Positions 29,120 through 38,700 of a DNA stretch of 64,000 nt are shown one piece after another. Under the pieces are notes generated by a model. That model ran no database searches and was not told the DNA's origin. It worked only from the letters and a program-made list of their open reading frames with translations. Made by a program: the position numbers and the translations under genes. The first letter of the stretch is position 1; every line of letters begins with the position of its first letter. The stretch comes from Candidatus Adlerbacteria bacterium (GTDB lineage: Bacteria > Patescibacteriota > Minisyncoccia > Phycocordibacterales > SBAW01): assembly GCA_029288895.1 (NCBI GenBank), contig JARIGK010000002.1, forward strand, positions 94,986-158,985, read 5' to 3'.

Positions 29120-30040
29120 TCACCAACCGCCTGATGCACCTCCGCCGCCCGAGCGGCCGCCGCCAAAACCGCCGAACCCGCCACCGCGGCCGCCGCCCAT
29201 TCCACCACCGCCTATCCACCACGGCGGGCGCGTACCGTTTTGTTTTGAATTGGCGTATGCGTTTGAAACGACATAGTCAAAAAGGAGACCAAGCACGATA
29301 AGCCCAAGGAAACTGACCCCGCCCCACAATGCCGCGAGTGCAAAGTACCACCAGACACCCGCGCCAATGACGCCCCCAACAACACCACCCGCCCACCACG
29401 ATCGGCTTCGCGCCAATATTGCAGCAATCCACTGTAGTGCAATAAAAAGCGCGAAGAATATGCCCGCGTAGTCTTTAGGATTTGCATCAACAGTGCCCGT
29501 GCCCGTATATTCGTTTTCCGTTGCACGTTCAATATCTTGGACCGCTGCTGTGACACCTGCGTCATAGTGCCCTGCTTTAAATGCTGGGGTGATGTCATTA
29601 TTTATGATGCGCTGTGCCACACTGTCGGGCAGCGCGCCTTCGAGCCCGTAGCCTACTTCGATACGTACGGCGTGGTCCTGCATCGAGATAAGGAGCAGCA
29701 CACCGTTGTCGCGATTTTTCTGGCCAATACCCCACGTTTTGAATAACTCTTCTGCGTAGTGTTCGACATAATCGCCACCCATGTCTGGCACGATAGCGAC
29801 TGCGATTTGGTTTGATGTCGACGCTTCAAATTGCGAAAGTTCTGCGTCCAATTGCTGCACTACCTGCGGCTGCAGCGTGTGTGCGAAATCGTTTACATAC
29901 CCAGTCGCACTCCCTGGTGCTGTAAAGGCAAAAACAGGAGCCGCAAAAAGAAACAGAAGGGCTGCGCAAAAACCTCCCCACTCCAGGGAGATATACCTCG
30001 CCCTTCCGTGGGGAGTTTTTGCTGTAGCCCCGAACTTCAT
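29120..30040 (-). CDS. TPM domain-containing protein (YgcG-like)
   Basis: WGIGQKNRDNGVLLL, RIEVGYGLEGALPD and Gly-rich tail GGGGASGGW; start ATG 30040; follows lemA. Confidence 0.93.
   Translation of the reverse strand: MKFGATAKTPHGRARYISLEWGGFCAALLFLFAAPVFAFTAPGSATGYVNDFAHTLQPQVVQQLDAELSQFEASTSNQIAVAIVPDMGGDYVEHYAEELFKTWGIGQKNRDNGVLLLISMQDHAVRIEVGYGLEGALPDSVAQRIINNDITPAFKAGHYDAGVTAAVQDIERATENEYTGTGTVDANPKDYAGIFFALFIALQWIAAILARSRSWWAGGVVGGVIGAGVWWYFALAALWGGVSFLGLIVLGLLFDYVVSNAYANSKQNGTRPPWWIGGGGMGGGRGGGFGGFGGGRSGGGGASGGW
29966..30022. repeat. Palindromic element, copy 2 (in-frame in the TPM gene N-terminus)
   Basis: GCAAAAAC...GTTTTTGC and TCCCCAC/GTGGGGA arms around the core shared with the tgt copy. 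Confidence 0.85.
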
Positions 30041-30044
30041 ACGT

Positions 30045-30620
30045 TTAGAGGTTGACCGTCGGAGGAGTTTCCGCGCCGGCCTGGGCCTGGAACATCGTGC
30101 GCGCATGGAAGCCAAACATCTTGGCGATGATATTGCCTGGGAAGGTCTGCACGCCCGCGTTGTACGACGCGACCATGTCGTTGTAGCGCATACGTTCGAC
30201 TGCGATGCGGTTTTCTGTACCAGAAAGTTCGGCCATCAAGCTCTGCACCGTGTCGACAGATTTAAGCTGCGGATAGTTTTCCATCACAACAAGCAAACGA
30301 GAAAGCGACGATTCGACATTGCTTGCAGCCGCTGCCTGCGCATCTGGCGTTGTGGCACCCGCATACTGCGTGCGTGCTTGTGCAATAGCGTCAAAGACGG
30401 CTTGCTCTTGCTTCATTGCACCTTTGACCGAGTTTACGAGATTCGGAATAAGGTCAAAACGGCGCTGGTACTGCGACTGCACCTGTGCCCACTGCGCATC
30501 GACTGCAATGTTGCTCTTTACCAAGCTGTTATATTTTGCCCAGCCAAAGAGGACAACCAAAACGGCAATGATAATAAGGACCACCGGCCACGTAAGCCAC
30601 TTTCTAAATGAGTTTTCCAT
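30045..30620 (-). CDS. lemA: LemA family protein
   Basis: QRRFDLIPNLV, ENYPQLKS, ENRIAVERMRYN. Confidence 0.96.
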   Translation of the reverse strand: MENSFRKWLTWPVVLIIIAVLVVLFGWAKYNSLVKSNIAVDAQWAQVQSQYQRRFDLIPNLVNSVKGAMKQEQAVFDAIAQARTQYAGATTPDAQAAAASNVESSLSRLLVVMENYPQLKSVDTVQSLMAELSGTENRIAVERMRYNDMVASYNAGVQTFPGNIIAKMFGFHARTMFQAQAGAETPPTVNL

Positions 30621-30662
30621 GGTGTAAGTATAGAGCGATCATGGTATAAAACAAGTATTGTT

Positions 30663-31694
30663 ATGAGCCGCCGTACAGAAAAACTCAGCCGCACGCCAAG
30701 CCGCACCATGCATATACGCATGGGTGCAAGTTTTCTAGTAGGCGCTCTATGCGCCGCAGGCGCCTTTCTGGTGTGGATGCAGTACCACCCATTCACCATC
30801 TACTCCAAACCGCTCCGCCTCGTGGGCGAATATAAGTTAGTTGCCCCACTGTTGGCGTGCCAAACACTGGACTCGGGCGTTGTTCCCTCAGACAAAGCAC
30901 TCACGAAAAAAATCCAGACCATCATTACGTCGGCAGAAGCAAACCACAACGCAGAAGATGTATCAGTCTATATCCAACACTTTAACACTGGGCAGTGGGT
31001 TGGTATTGGTGAAAATAAATTGTATGCCCCCGCAAGCTTGGCAAAAGTGCCTCTCTTTATTGCGTACCTCAAGGCAGCGCAGGATGACCCGAGCATTTTA
31101 AACAAAAGCGTTCTCTACAGCGGCTCTCTTGAAAGCGAAGACGAGGAAGATTTCCAACCGATGACAGTTGGCAAAACGTATACCATCCAAGATTTGCTGT
31201 ACCGGCTTATCATCTACTCGGACAATGATGCAAAGGATTATTTACACAACATCATCAACCCCACAGTAGTAACCGACGTGTTTAAGGACTTCGGTCTAGA
31301 AGAGCCGTCGGCGCAAGACACCGGCGACTCGATGTCTCCAAAAGAATATTCGATCTTCTTCCGCACGCTCTACAACTCGACCTACCTCACACCCGACATA
31401 TCAGAAGCTGCACTCCAGATTTTGAGCGAGACTAAATTTAATGATGGACTTGTCGCAGGCGTTGCTTCGAGTACGCCGGTGGCGCACAAATTTGGCCATC
31501 GCCGCTTCGATATGCCGCAACTAGGCCAGGGCGGTATTACAGAAGAATTGCATGACTGCGGCATCGTCTATACACAACCAAACCCGTACTTTATTTGCGT
31601 GATGACCAAGGGCTGGAATGTAGGCGACCTCAAGTCGACCATCGCACGCATTTCACAAGCTGCGTACCAAACTATTTCAGCAGAGAAAAATTAA
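30663..31694 (+). CDS. Class A beta-lactamase-related serine hydrolase
   Basis: PASLAK (SxxK), SDN and HKFG motifs; N-terminal TM. Confidence 0.88.
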   Translation: MSRRTEKLSRTPSRTMHIRMGASFLVGALCAAGAFLVWMQYHPFTIYSKPLRLVGEYKLVAPLLACQTLDSGVVPSDKALTKKIQTIITSAEANHNAEDVSVYIQHFNTGQWVGIGENKLYAPASLAKVPLFIAYLKAAQDDPSILNKSVLYSGSLESEDEEDFQPMTVGKTYTIQDLLYRLIIYSDNDAKDYLHNIINPTVVTDVFKDFGLEEPSAQDTGDSMSPKEYSIFFRTLYNSTYLTPDISEAALQILSETKFNDGLVAGVASSTPVAHKFGHRRFDMPQLGQGGITEELHDCGIVYTQPNPYFICVMTKGWNVGDLKSTIARISQAAYQTISAEKN

Positions 31695-32386
31695 AGTCCT
31701 GCTGCACCAAAGAGGACGCCTGCTCCGTAGGTAATTGCCATCGCGGCAACGCCGCCCAGGACAACACGCACCACAGCCGCGCCTTTGTGTGCACCTCCGG
31801 CCTGCGCGCTCAAGATGCCCGTCACAATAAGTACGATAATGACTGCGACAGACATCACAGTGATGTGAATAGAAATGGGCGCAAACATAACCGCCAAAAG
31901 CGGGATAATTGCGCCTGCAACAAACGATGTTGCGGATGCAATTGCGGCATGCCACGGGTTTGTTAAATCGTTAGGGTCGATGTTGAGTTCGGCGTCGGCG
32001 TGGGCTGCAAGCGCGTCGTGCGCTGTGAGTTCGCGCGCAACAATGTGCGCAGTTTCATCGCTCATGCCTTTAGAGCGGTAGATCGCTGCCAGCTCTTCCA
32101 ATTCTTGTTCAGGCATTTCTTCCAATTCGCGCTTCTCTTTTTCAAGAAGAGCCTGTTCGGTGTCGCGCTGGGTCGAGACCGAGACATATTCGCCCGTCGC
32201 CATCGAAAGTGCGCCGGCTACCATACCCGCTACGCCTGCAGCAAAAATTGCACGGACCGAACCATCGGCACCAGCCACACCCATAATTATCGAAGATACT
32301 GACACAACGCCGTCTTGCGCACCCAGTACCGCAGCGCGCAGCCAGTTGAGGCGGGCATTTATACCCGCGTTCGATTCCTTATGCAT
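31691..32386 (-). CDS. VIT1/CCC1 family Fe/Mn transporter
   Basis: LRAAVLGAQDG, SMATGEYVSV, NPWHAA; start ATG 32386. Confidence 0.93.
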   Translation of the reverse strand: MHKESNAGINARLNWLRAAVLGAQDGVVSVSSIIMGVAGADGSVRAIFAAGVAGMVAGALSMATGEYVSVSTQRDTEQALLEKEKRELEEMPEQELEELAAIYRSKGMSDETAHIVARELTAHDALAAHADAELNIDPNDLTNPWHAAIASATSFVAGAIIPLLAVMFAPISIHITVMSVAVIIVLIVTGILSAQAGGAHKGAAVVRVVLGGVAAMAITYGAGVLFGAAGL

Positions 32387-32430
32387 ATACGCGTAGTATA
32401 CCGTACACGCTGAATCACTTATGAATACAC

Positions 32431-33591
32431 TTAGTAGCGCGGAGGCGGCGGAGGCATCATGCCCGGGCCCCCTTGGCCGCTGTGCCCACCTGTTGGTTTT
32501 GGCTCGTGCGATGTGCCGCGGTAGCAACTCACCGAATATGGGAAGTCGTACGTCAGCACGTAGTGATATGTCGTGACTTGTTTGCCATCAAGTTCGATGG
32601 TACTCGTGAGGCCGTGGCATTCGTCCAAGTCGGCTGACGTTAGATACTTCCCTGCCGACACTTCGGGCCCCGTGATTGGGAAGCCGTCGAACGCGTAGCC
32701 AATGGTTTGTGTGACCATCGGCGATGTAAAACATGCGCTCAAGTTGTGATAGTGGTAGCCCTCTTCATTGTTCGGGTGGCCGTCGCAGCTATCTTGCTCT
32801 TCGTGTGCAGGTGCGTCTCGGTAGAGCGCATCAAATGCATCATTTAAGGTGACGCCGTTTGTCATAATGCCAACCTCGCCGTAGATACAATCAGGTGTCG
32901 ACGCAATGCTGGGGTACGCCGGCAATGAGTAATTATTATTTTGTGCGGTGATAGAGCTTTGATTGCGGTCGTACTGCGATGCCGGGTCGCTTGTCTGCAC
33001 CGGGAAGGTGCCGGTGTTGTGATTGGTCGGCAGATCATTACTTGCAATGCTGCGCGTGCCGTTTGCCACCGAAACTTTCATCGATGCGTTTGGCCACGGC
33101 ACACTCCCCTGCACGTGTACTTTTGTTGTTGCATCCCACGTAGCGCCGTGGATCCACGGGCCGTTTACTTGGGCACCTTGGCCGCCCGATGCAACGTGGC
33201 ACACATACACGTACCCCTTCTTTGCGCCCGAAGTCGTGTACTTGCTGTCGCCAAGCGGAAGCTGTGTCAGATCGACCGGACCTGCCATCGCGACAAGCTC
33301 GGCGTTGGTGTACACGTGGCCATACGTTGTTGCTGATGATGTCTGCGCAGATGTTGTGTTTGCCTGCACAGAAGTTGTGTTTACCTGCGCAGAGCTTTCC
33401 GATCGGCTTCCTGTCGGAACCGCGGAGAAGCTCTGCTCCGGCGTCACATTTGTCGCGGATGCCGAAGCCCCTCCATCGGTAACGCTACTTTCTATTACAT
33501 TAGTTCGCGGTGGCTGATGAAAATGGAAGAAGCCAAACAACAGCAACCCTGCGCCCACGACAATGCCGCCCGCCATTTGGAAAATATTCAT
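32431..33591 (-). CDS. Exported YHYH domain protein
   Basis: DSCDGHP, YHYH, IGYAFDGFPI, LDECHG; start ATG 33591. Confidence 0.9.
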   Translation of the reverse strand: MNIFQMAGGIVVGAGLLLFGFFHFHQPPRTNVIESSVTDGGASASATNVTPEQSFSAVPTGSRSESSAQVNTTSVQANTTSAQTSSATTYGHVYTNAELVAMAGPVDLTQLPLGDSKYTTSGAKKGYVYVCHVASGGQGAQVNGPWIHGATWDATTKVHVQGSVPWPNASMKVSVANGTRSIASNDLPTNHNTGTFPVQTSDPASQYDRNQSSITAQNNNYSLPAYPSIASTPDCIYGEVGIMTNGVTLNDAFDALYRDAPAHEEQDSCDGHPNNEEGYHYHNLSACFTSPMVTQTIGYAFDGFPITGPEVSAGKYLTSADLDECHGLTSTIELDGKQVTTYHYVLTYDFPYSVSCYRGTSHEPKPTGGHSGQGGPGMMPPPPPRY

Positions 33592-33637
33592 GCCTCTATT
33601 GTACCCAAAAGAAAAAGCCCCTCGAGAGGGGCTTGTG

Positions 33638-34333
33638 TTAGCTCTGTGGGAAAAGATTTTTCTCTCCCGATGGAATTGCAATACTTTGCACGAAGTTTAG
33701 AAGCTTGGCCTGTATCGCAGCTTGGTCGCTCGAGGTAAATTCTTGTATCGTGCCCGCTGGGTAGTTAGCAAACTGTGTCTGCCCTACGCGTGTTTCAAAC
33801 TCGTAACACGTCGAGTTGCTGCGCACGTACAAACGATAGAGCGAACCCTGCGCCATATGCCCGGCACCCGCGTCGCCGACATTGCCAAAGACAGATGACG
33901 AGTATGCGTCCGCACTGCGCTGTGATGTCGGCACGGTCTTCGCATCAAAGCCCGAGGGCGGCGTGTTCAAACACGTGCGTTCGGTCGAGAGGTCAGCGCG
34001 TTTTTGGATACGCACACCAGCACTCTCAAAATTGGTGCCTTTATAATCGCCGCCGTTGTAATAGAGGCAGTAGGTAAAGCCTTCGCTGCATGGCGGGATG
34101 TATGAGTGTACGAGCACCTGCGCTTTGTTTGTTGCCAAACCAAAGTCGGCGGGTTTTGCAAACGTTATCGTGCCATCGGACGTGGTGTCCCCCATGTTGG
34201 TGGTGGTAGCGACAGTTCCGCCAGGGTTACCCGGCACAGCAGGAGCCTGCGTGTATTTTGCACCAATAAAAAGGAGTACAACCGCAATCGCCACAACAAG
34301 CACAATAAGCCCGTTACGAGTGTTGGTATTCAT
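33638..34333 (-). CDS. Exported hypothetical protein
   Basis: N-terminal TM; TATAGT 7 nt before the ATG. Confidence 0.7.
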   Translation of the reverse strand: MNTNTRNGLIVLVVAIAVVLLFIGAKYTQAPAVPGNPGGTVATTTNMGDTTSDGTITFAKPADFGLATNKAQVLVHSYIPPCSEGFTYCLYYNGGDYKGTNFESAGVRIQKRADLSTERTCLNTPPSGFDAKTVPTSQRSADAYSSSVFGNVGDAGAGHMAQGSLYRLYVRSNSTCYEFETRVGQTQFANYPAGTIQEFTSSDQAAIQAKLLNFVQSIAIPSGEKNLFPQS

Positions 34334-34390
34334 ATATATAACTATAGCGTACCCATACGATGACGAGCTTTGACCGTCTCTATTACAACC

Positions 34391-34651
34391 TCATCTGTGG
34401 AGCTGTGACGCAACATTTTGGATGTAGTGCGCTATCCAGCCAAAGCCAGGCAATAGCCCAAAGAGCGACAAGAGCCAGCCCAATACAATAAGGGCGATGA
34501 TGCTGCCCACGATGGCACCCACACCCTGCAGCACGCCGCCGCGGAAGGCATTCCACGGGCTTGATGTGCGCTCTTTCAACTCGCTCAGCTCTTCTTCAAT
34601 ATTCTTTAAATGCTCAAGCCCCTCTTCAAGCTGGTCGTCTGTTTCGTCCAT
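34391..34651 (-). CDS. Small membrane protein (DUF5665-like)
   Basis: Coiled coil then FRGGVLQGVGAIVG; start ATG 34651. Confidence 0.65.
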   Translation of the reverse strand: MDETDDQLEEGLEHLKNIEEELSELKERTSSPWNAFRGGVLQGVGAIVGSIIALIVLGWLLSLFGLLPGFGWIAHYIQNVASQLHR

Positions 34652-34698
34652 ATATAAAAAGTATACCAACAAAAGAAAAACGGCCCGTGCGGGGGCCG

Positions 34699-34863
34699 TC
34701 ACATAAGAATCAAAATCCTGCCGCAGCAAGAACAACGCTTGTCGGGAGGAAATTCAACCTCTGCAATCTTCTCCTCTTCAGGGGTCAATTTCTCCTTGCG
34801 CTGTATCTTGTTGTAGATACGCTTTACTTCGTCAATGCGTGCAGATAATTCCTCGAATTTCAT
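34699..34863 (-). CDS. 54-aa small protein (below ORF-track cutoff)
   Basis: AAGGAGG SD; MKFEELSARIDEVKRIYNKIQRKEKLTPEEEKIAEVEFPPDKRCSCCGRILILM; hairpin and T-run directly after the stop. Confidence 0.65.
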   Translation of the reverse strand: MKFEELSARIDEVKRIYNKIQRKEKLTPEEEKIAEVEFPPDKRCSCCGRILILM

Positions 34864-34958
34864 GTCGCGCCTCCTTGCGTGACAATTGCCTGCCGGAACT
34901 ATAGCACAAGAGATATAGCCGTGTATGATAACGAAAGAAATGTTCAGCGAGGTGCCCG

Positions 34959-35369
34959 ATGTCGATATTCTACGAATCGACCAGGCGGGCCCGCAAAGCC
35001 CGCTACTGCGATTATTGCCCCCACATGATCGAGCCTGGAAACATCTACGAGCGAAAGTTCATCCGGCACGATAAGGGTGAAGCATCGCTCCGCAACATGC
35101 TCTGGTGCGAGCATATCGACCCACCCTGCCCTGACCCTTATATGGAGATGGTCGAGCCGGGTCTTGCCGAGATAGAGATCAAGGTAGAGCTTGGTGTGCC
35201 GATCGAGATGGTTTTAGAGAATCGTCTCATGCAAAAAGTTCTTATCAACGGAGAAGTGGTAACCGAAAATGAAGTGGTTACTGTCTTCCGCGAAGGTCAG
35301 GCAGTGCCCATGTTCGCCGACATCTTCGTTGGCCCCGATACAGGCGGCGATGAAGACATTGCGTTTTAG
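34959..35369 (+). CDS. Hypothetical protein with N-terminal Cys/His motif
   Basis: GAGGTG SD; CDYC...CEH...C; own terminator 35368-35396. Confidence 0.65.
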   Translation: MSIFYESTRRARKARYCDYCPHMIEPGNIYERKFIRHDKGEASLRNMLWCEHIDPPCPDPYMEMVEPGLAEIEIKVELGVPIEMVLENRLMQKVLINGEVVTENEVVTVFREGQAVPMFADIFVGPDTGGDEDIAF

Positions 35370-35451
35370 CCCCAGCTGCATGCCGGGGCTTTTTTTATTA
35401 AAAAACCAAACCTCGCAAAAATGCCTATTTTTGCTATTCTTCTATATGTAT

Positions 35452-35522
35452 TGCCCGATCGTCTAATGGTAGGACAGAGGCCTTTGAAGCCTTTAATCGT
35501 GGTTCGAATCCATGTCGGGCAG
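35452..35522 (+). tRNA. tRNA-Gln(TTG)
   Basis: Acceptor TGCCCGA/TCGGGCA, anticodon arm GAGGC-CTTTGAA-GCCTT, T-loop GTTCGAAT; CCA not encoded. Confidence 0.96.
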
Positions 35523-35544
35523 CTCGTTAAGGTAGAATAAAGCT

Positions 35545-35949
35545 ATGGAAAAAACTTATATCGATAAGCTCGCTTTTATCGAGTTGAAAGATAGAAAAGT
35601 TTTGGAAACTAAAAGCCGCGGCAAAGATACATGGTATATACCCGGCGGGAAACGTGACGAAGGCGAAAGTGACGAACAAGCTTTAATACGAGAAGTCAAA
35701 GAGGAGTTAAATGTAGAAATTGATCCAACTACGATAGTTCATTATGGAACTTTCGAAGCGCAGGCTCATGGCAAACCAGAAGGCACGGTTGTTCGTATGA
35801 CTTGCTATCAGGCAAAATATTTTGGTGACCTGACCCCCAGTGCGGAAGTAGAAATGATGGATTGGTTCGACTACTCAAAAAAGAACTTAACATCTCCTGT
35901 AGATCAGATTATTTTTGACGATCTAAAAGATAGAAATCTGATTGATTAG
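35545..35949 (+). CDS. NUDIX hydrolase (cassette 1)
   Basis: Nudix box GGKRDEGESDEQALIREVKEEL. Confidence 0.93.
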   Translation: MEKTYIDKLAFIELKDRKVLETKSRGKDTWYIPGGKRDEGESDEQALIREVKEELNVEIDPTTIVHYGTFEAQAHGKPEGTVVRMTCYQAKYFGDLTPSAEVEMMDWFDYSKKNLTSPVDQIIFDDLKDRNLID

Positions 35950-36077
35950 GTTTGAAAAAAGTTCGAATATCGTCACCACACGAGTATTTCCATTTTTATA
36001 CTCACTTTGTTCGTTAAAAATGAGGTCGCCCAGACGGCCAGCTCGTTAGATAAAAGAAAAACGACGCACATGCGTCG

Positions 36078-36416
36078 TTAATGGAGAGATGTTTTCCGGA
36101 TACTTTTCATCTTCTCCTCCAAGTCACAAAAGCCGAGTTTAATGAGTGCTGGCCTAGCTTCAATTGGGCCGCTCCAATACGCACCCATCTCATCGATGAT
36201 ATAGAGCGCCCCCTCAGATGTTAGGAGAGCAGGAAGATGTTTTTGTGCGACAAGACGTTTGATCTCCCTCCGAGACATTTTTGTAGACGGTTCCAATCCA
36301 AAAGAACTCATATTGGCTTCAATTTTTTCGAAGTCATTTTTGGAAAGAATTTCATCGCCGGGCATACATCCAAGAGCGCGGAGATTCTGTTCGTGCTTGC
36401 TCGGTTTCTTTGGCAT
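36078..36416 (-). CDS. Hypothetical protein (cassette 2)
   Basis: GAGGAGG SD; terminator-like hairpin at 36059-36079. Confidence 0.7.
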   Translation of the reverse strand: MPKKPSKHEQNLRALGCMPGDEILSKNDFEKIEANMSSFGLEPSTKMSRREIKRLVAQKHLPALLTSEGALYIIDEMGAYWSGPIEARPALIKLGFCDLEEKMKSIRKTSLH

Positions 36417-36553
36417 GCAAATGCCTCCTCGATATATTTGAATCTAAGAGCAACGTACCATATCTTCCAGCAAGGTTCCAACTTCGTACCAGACGGGCAG
36501 CTCGTAAAAAAAGAAGAAGGCCGTCCATCCCATAAGGGAAGACGACCTTGAGT

Positions 36554-36865
36554 TCATGGCTTGTCGGGTGTCTCCTCGAAAGTGGCGACGCACTCCTTCA
36601 GGGAAAGGAAGAGTTCCTTTCGTTTGTTGAGGATAAAGGCATCGCCGACTTTGACGCGAAGTAACCAGATGTAGTTTGAGCCTTGAAAGACGGTCACACC
36701 GTTAAGGGTTACAGAATGATCACTAGGGTGACAGGCCATGACCCTCACGACCTCTTCAGGCGCGATGTAGAAATAACCACCGAGGCTGATTGAACGCTCG
36801 GCTCCAAAAGCTGGGGATGAAAGAACGAGTAGCGCACACACACCGGCGAATCGATTCAACATCAC
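36554..36865 (-). CDS. Exported hypothetical protein (cassette 3)
   Basis: GGAGG SD and signal peptide. Confidence 0.65.
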   Translation of the reverse strand: MMLNRFAGVCALLVLSSPAFGAERSISLGGYFYIAPEEVVRVMACHPSDHSVTLNGVTVFQGSNYIWLLRVKVGDAFILNKRKELFLSLKECVATFEETPDKP

Positions 36866-37077
36866 AATCCTCCAGATAAACAGGCCTTGATGAATTTACC
36901 ACACTTTTCTAAAATGTCAGCTCCATTTAATCGAGGAAGTTGGAGATTGCATGCACCATGCCCGCTCCCCTAAACTAGTTCGAATATCGTCACCACTATC
37001 GTCCCAGACGGGCAGCTAGTGACTTTTTGAATAATTTATTGTAGTTTCCATGGCGGGTCAGCACATGGAGGAACATA

Positions 37078-37617
37078 ATGACTGAGACAGCGGCTCGTGA
37101 GGGCAAGGGCGGTAGACTTCGTAGCGTCGAACGTCCAACGCGGCATCTGCCGAATTGCGCGCCGCCGGCACACACGAAGGTTTATGGCACGGGCGAGACC
37201 GAGCAGGAGCGACAGAGTGACATCTTCGAATTCGTCTGTGCAGAGGAATGGCACGACCACTTCGTCGGCTATTCATACGACCGCTCCAACCATCGGACTG
37301 GTCGCTACGACCGTCAGGGGTTGGTCCAGTCCGGCGCCATCATCTCGCTGGCATGCGGTCTCTCGAGCTGGATCTACCCAGATCATGTCCTGATCGACAT
37401 GGGCGAGATCAAGTTTCCGATTCCAATCTATGTCGGAGACAAGATTCGTCTGACATTCAGGAATCGTGCTCCGCAGGGCGTGCGGTACATCGACATCAAG
37501 CTCGAAGTCTTCCGCGAAGAGGAATGGCATGCGGTCTGCTCGACTCGCGCGGTTATTACCCGCTTCATCCCGCCGATTCGCAAGGACTATGTCGAGGCAC
37601 CGGATCAGTCGGCATAA
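37078..37617 (+). CDS. Divergent MaoC/hotdog-fold-like protein (cassette 4)
   Basis: GGAGG SD; IKFPIPIYVGDKI resembles the hotdog F..PV..GD motif; terminator 37631-37666. Confidence 0.6.
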   Translation: MTETAAREGKGGRLRSVERPTRHLPNCAPPAHTKVYGTGETEQERQSDIFEFVCAEEWHDHFVGYSYDRSNHRTGRYDRQGLVQSGAIISLACGLSSWIYPDHVLIDMGEIKFPIPIYVGDKIRLTFRNRAPQGVRYIDIKLEVFREEEWHAVCSTRAVITRFIPPIRKDYVEAPDQSA

Positions 37618-37721
37618 GTAGCAACATTGCAGACCGTTCCACTCAATCGGACGGTCTTTTCTTTTTATATATTTGTTCGAATATCGTCCCAGACGGCCAG
37701 CTCGAGTATACTATTATCTAT

Positions 37722-38225
37722 ATGCACCCAGAAGAATATCTAGACCTGGTGGATGAGAATGATCGGGTAATTGGGCGAGAACTTCGATCTACGATATACG
37801 CGAATGGTTGGAAGAATTTTCGGGTAGTTAATGTTTTTCTAAAAAATTCTAAAGGTCAACTTTGGATTCCTCGCCGCACTGCACACAAGGCAATATTTCC
37901 GTCAGCTCTAGACTTTAGCGCAGCAGGACATGTTTCAAGCGGAGAGTCATACGATGAAGCGTTTGCAAAAGAAGTCCAAGAAGAATTGAATATTGATGTT
38001 TCAAAGGTACGTCACCGACTATTGGGCTACCTCACCCCTAAGGATGGTGCCGTTCTTTTTATGCAGGTATACGAAATCGAAAGTGATGAGACGCCGCAGT
38101 ACAATCCAGATGACTTCAGCGAATCGTACTGGCTTACCCCTCAAGAAGTTGTTACTCGAATAGAGAATGGAGATTCTGCAAAAAATGATATTCCATTTTT
38201 GATCAAACGTTTCTATTTACAATAA
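37722..38225 (+). CDS. NUDIX hydrolase, IPP-isomerase/YfcD-like (cassette 5)
   Basis: EYLDLVDENDRVIG and AAGHVSSGESYDEAFAKEVQEEL; start ATG 37722. Confidence 0.9.
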   Translation: MHPEEYLDLVDENDRVIGRELRSTIYANGWKNFRVVNVFLKNSKGQLWIPRRTAHKAIFPSALDFSAAGHVSSGESYDEAFAKEVQEELNIDVSKVRHRLLGYLTPKDGAVLFMQVYEIESDETPQYNPDDFSESYWLTPQEVVTRIENGDSAKNDIPFLIKRFYLQ

Positions 38226-38268
38226 TTCGGATATCGTCCCAGACGGCTCGTTTTGTTACAATTATTGA

Positions 38269-38610
38269 ATGCTGAAGATAAAGCGTGTATACGAACCGAT
38301 GGAGAAAAAAGATGGGTTGAGAATACTCGTTGATCGTCTCTGGCCTCGTGGGCTTACCAAAAACAAAGCTCATGTAGACTTCTGGATGAAAGATATTGCA
38401 CCCAGCCCAAAGTTACGAATATGGTTTGGGCATGAGCCAACAAAGTGGGTATTGTTCAAACGCCGCTATCTTGCAGAGCTGCATAAGAACAAAAAAGTGG
38501 TTGAGGAAATAAAGACCCATATGAAAGAGAATAAGAAAATTACTTTGCTATATGGAGCAAAAGATACAATGCACAACCATGCTCTCATACTTCAGGATTT
38601 TTTGTCCTAA
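38269..38610 (+). CDS. DUF488/YeaO family protein (cassette 6)
   Basis: IKRVYE...DGLRILVDRLWPRG, APSPKLRIWFGH, HNHA. Confidence 0.93.
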   Translation: MLKIKRVYEPMEKKDGLRILVDRLWPRGLTKNKAHVDFWMKDIAPSPKLRIWFGHEPTKWVLFKRRYLAELHKNKKVVEEIKTHMKENKKITLLYGAKDTMHNHALILQDFLS

Positions 38611-38700
38611 TATAATCCCAACTTCGTACCACACACCCAGCTAATGACTTTTTAGTATAAATATTGTAAATTCTTTTTTGGAATAGAGGGAGGTGTTTGA

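Noticed and set aside
29135-29215. GCC/CCG-rich tandem-like repeats
   Set aside because: They encode the normal Gly-rich tail of TPM proteins.
30663-31694. Functional antibiotic-resistance beta-lactamase
   Set aside because: SxxK and SDN are present, but KTG is KFG and the protein is membrane-anchored; it is more consistent with a cell-wall-related serine hydrolase.
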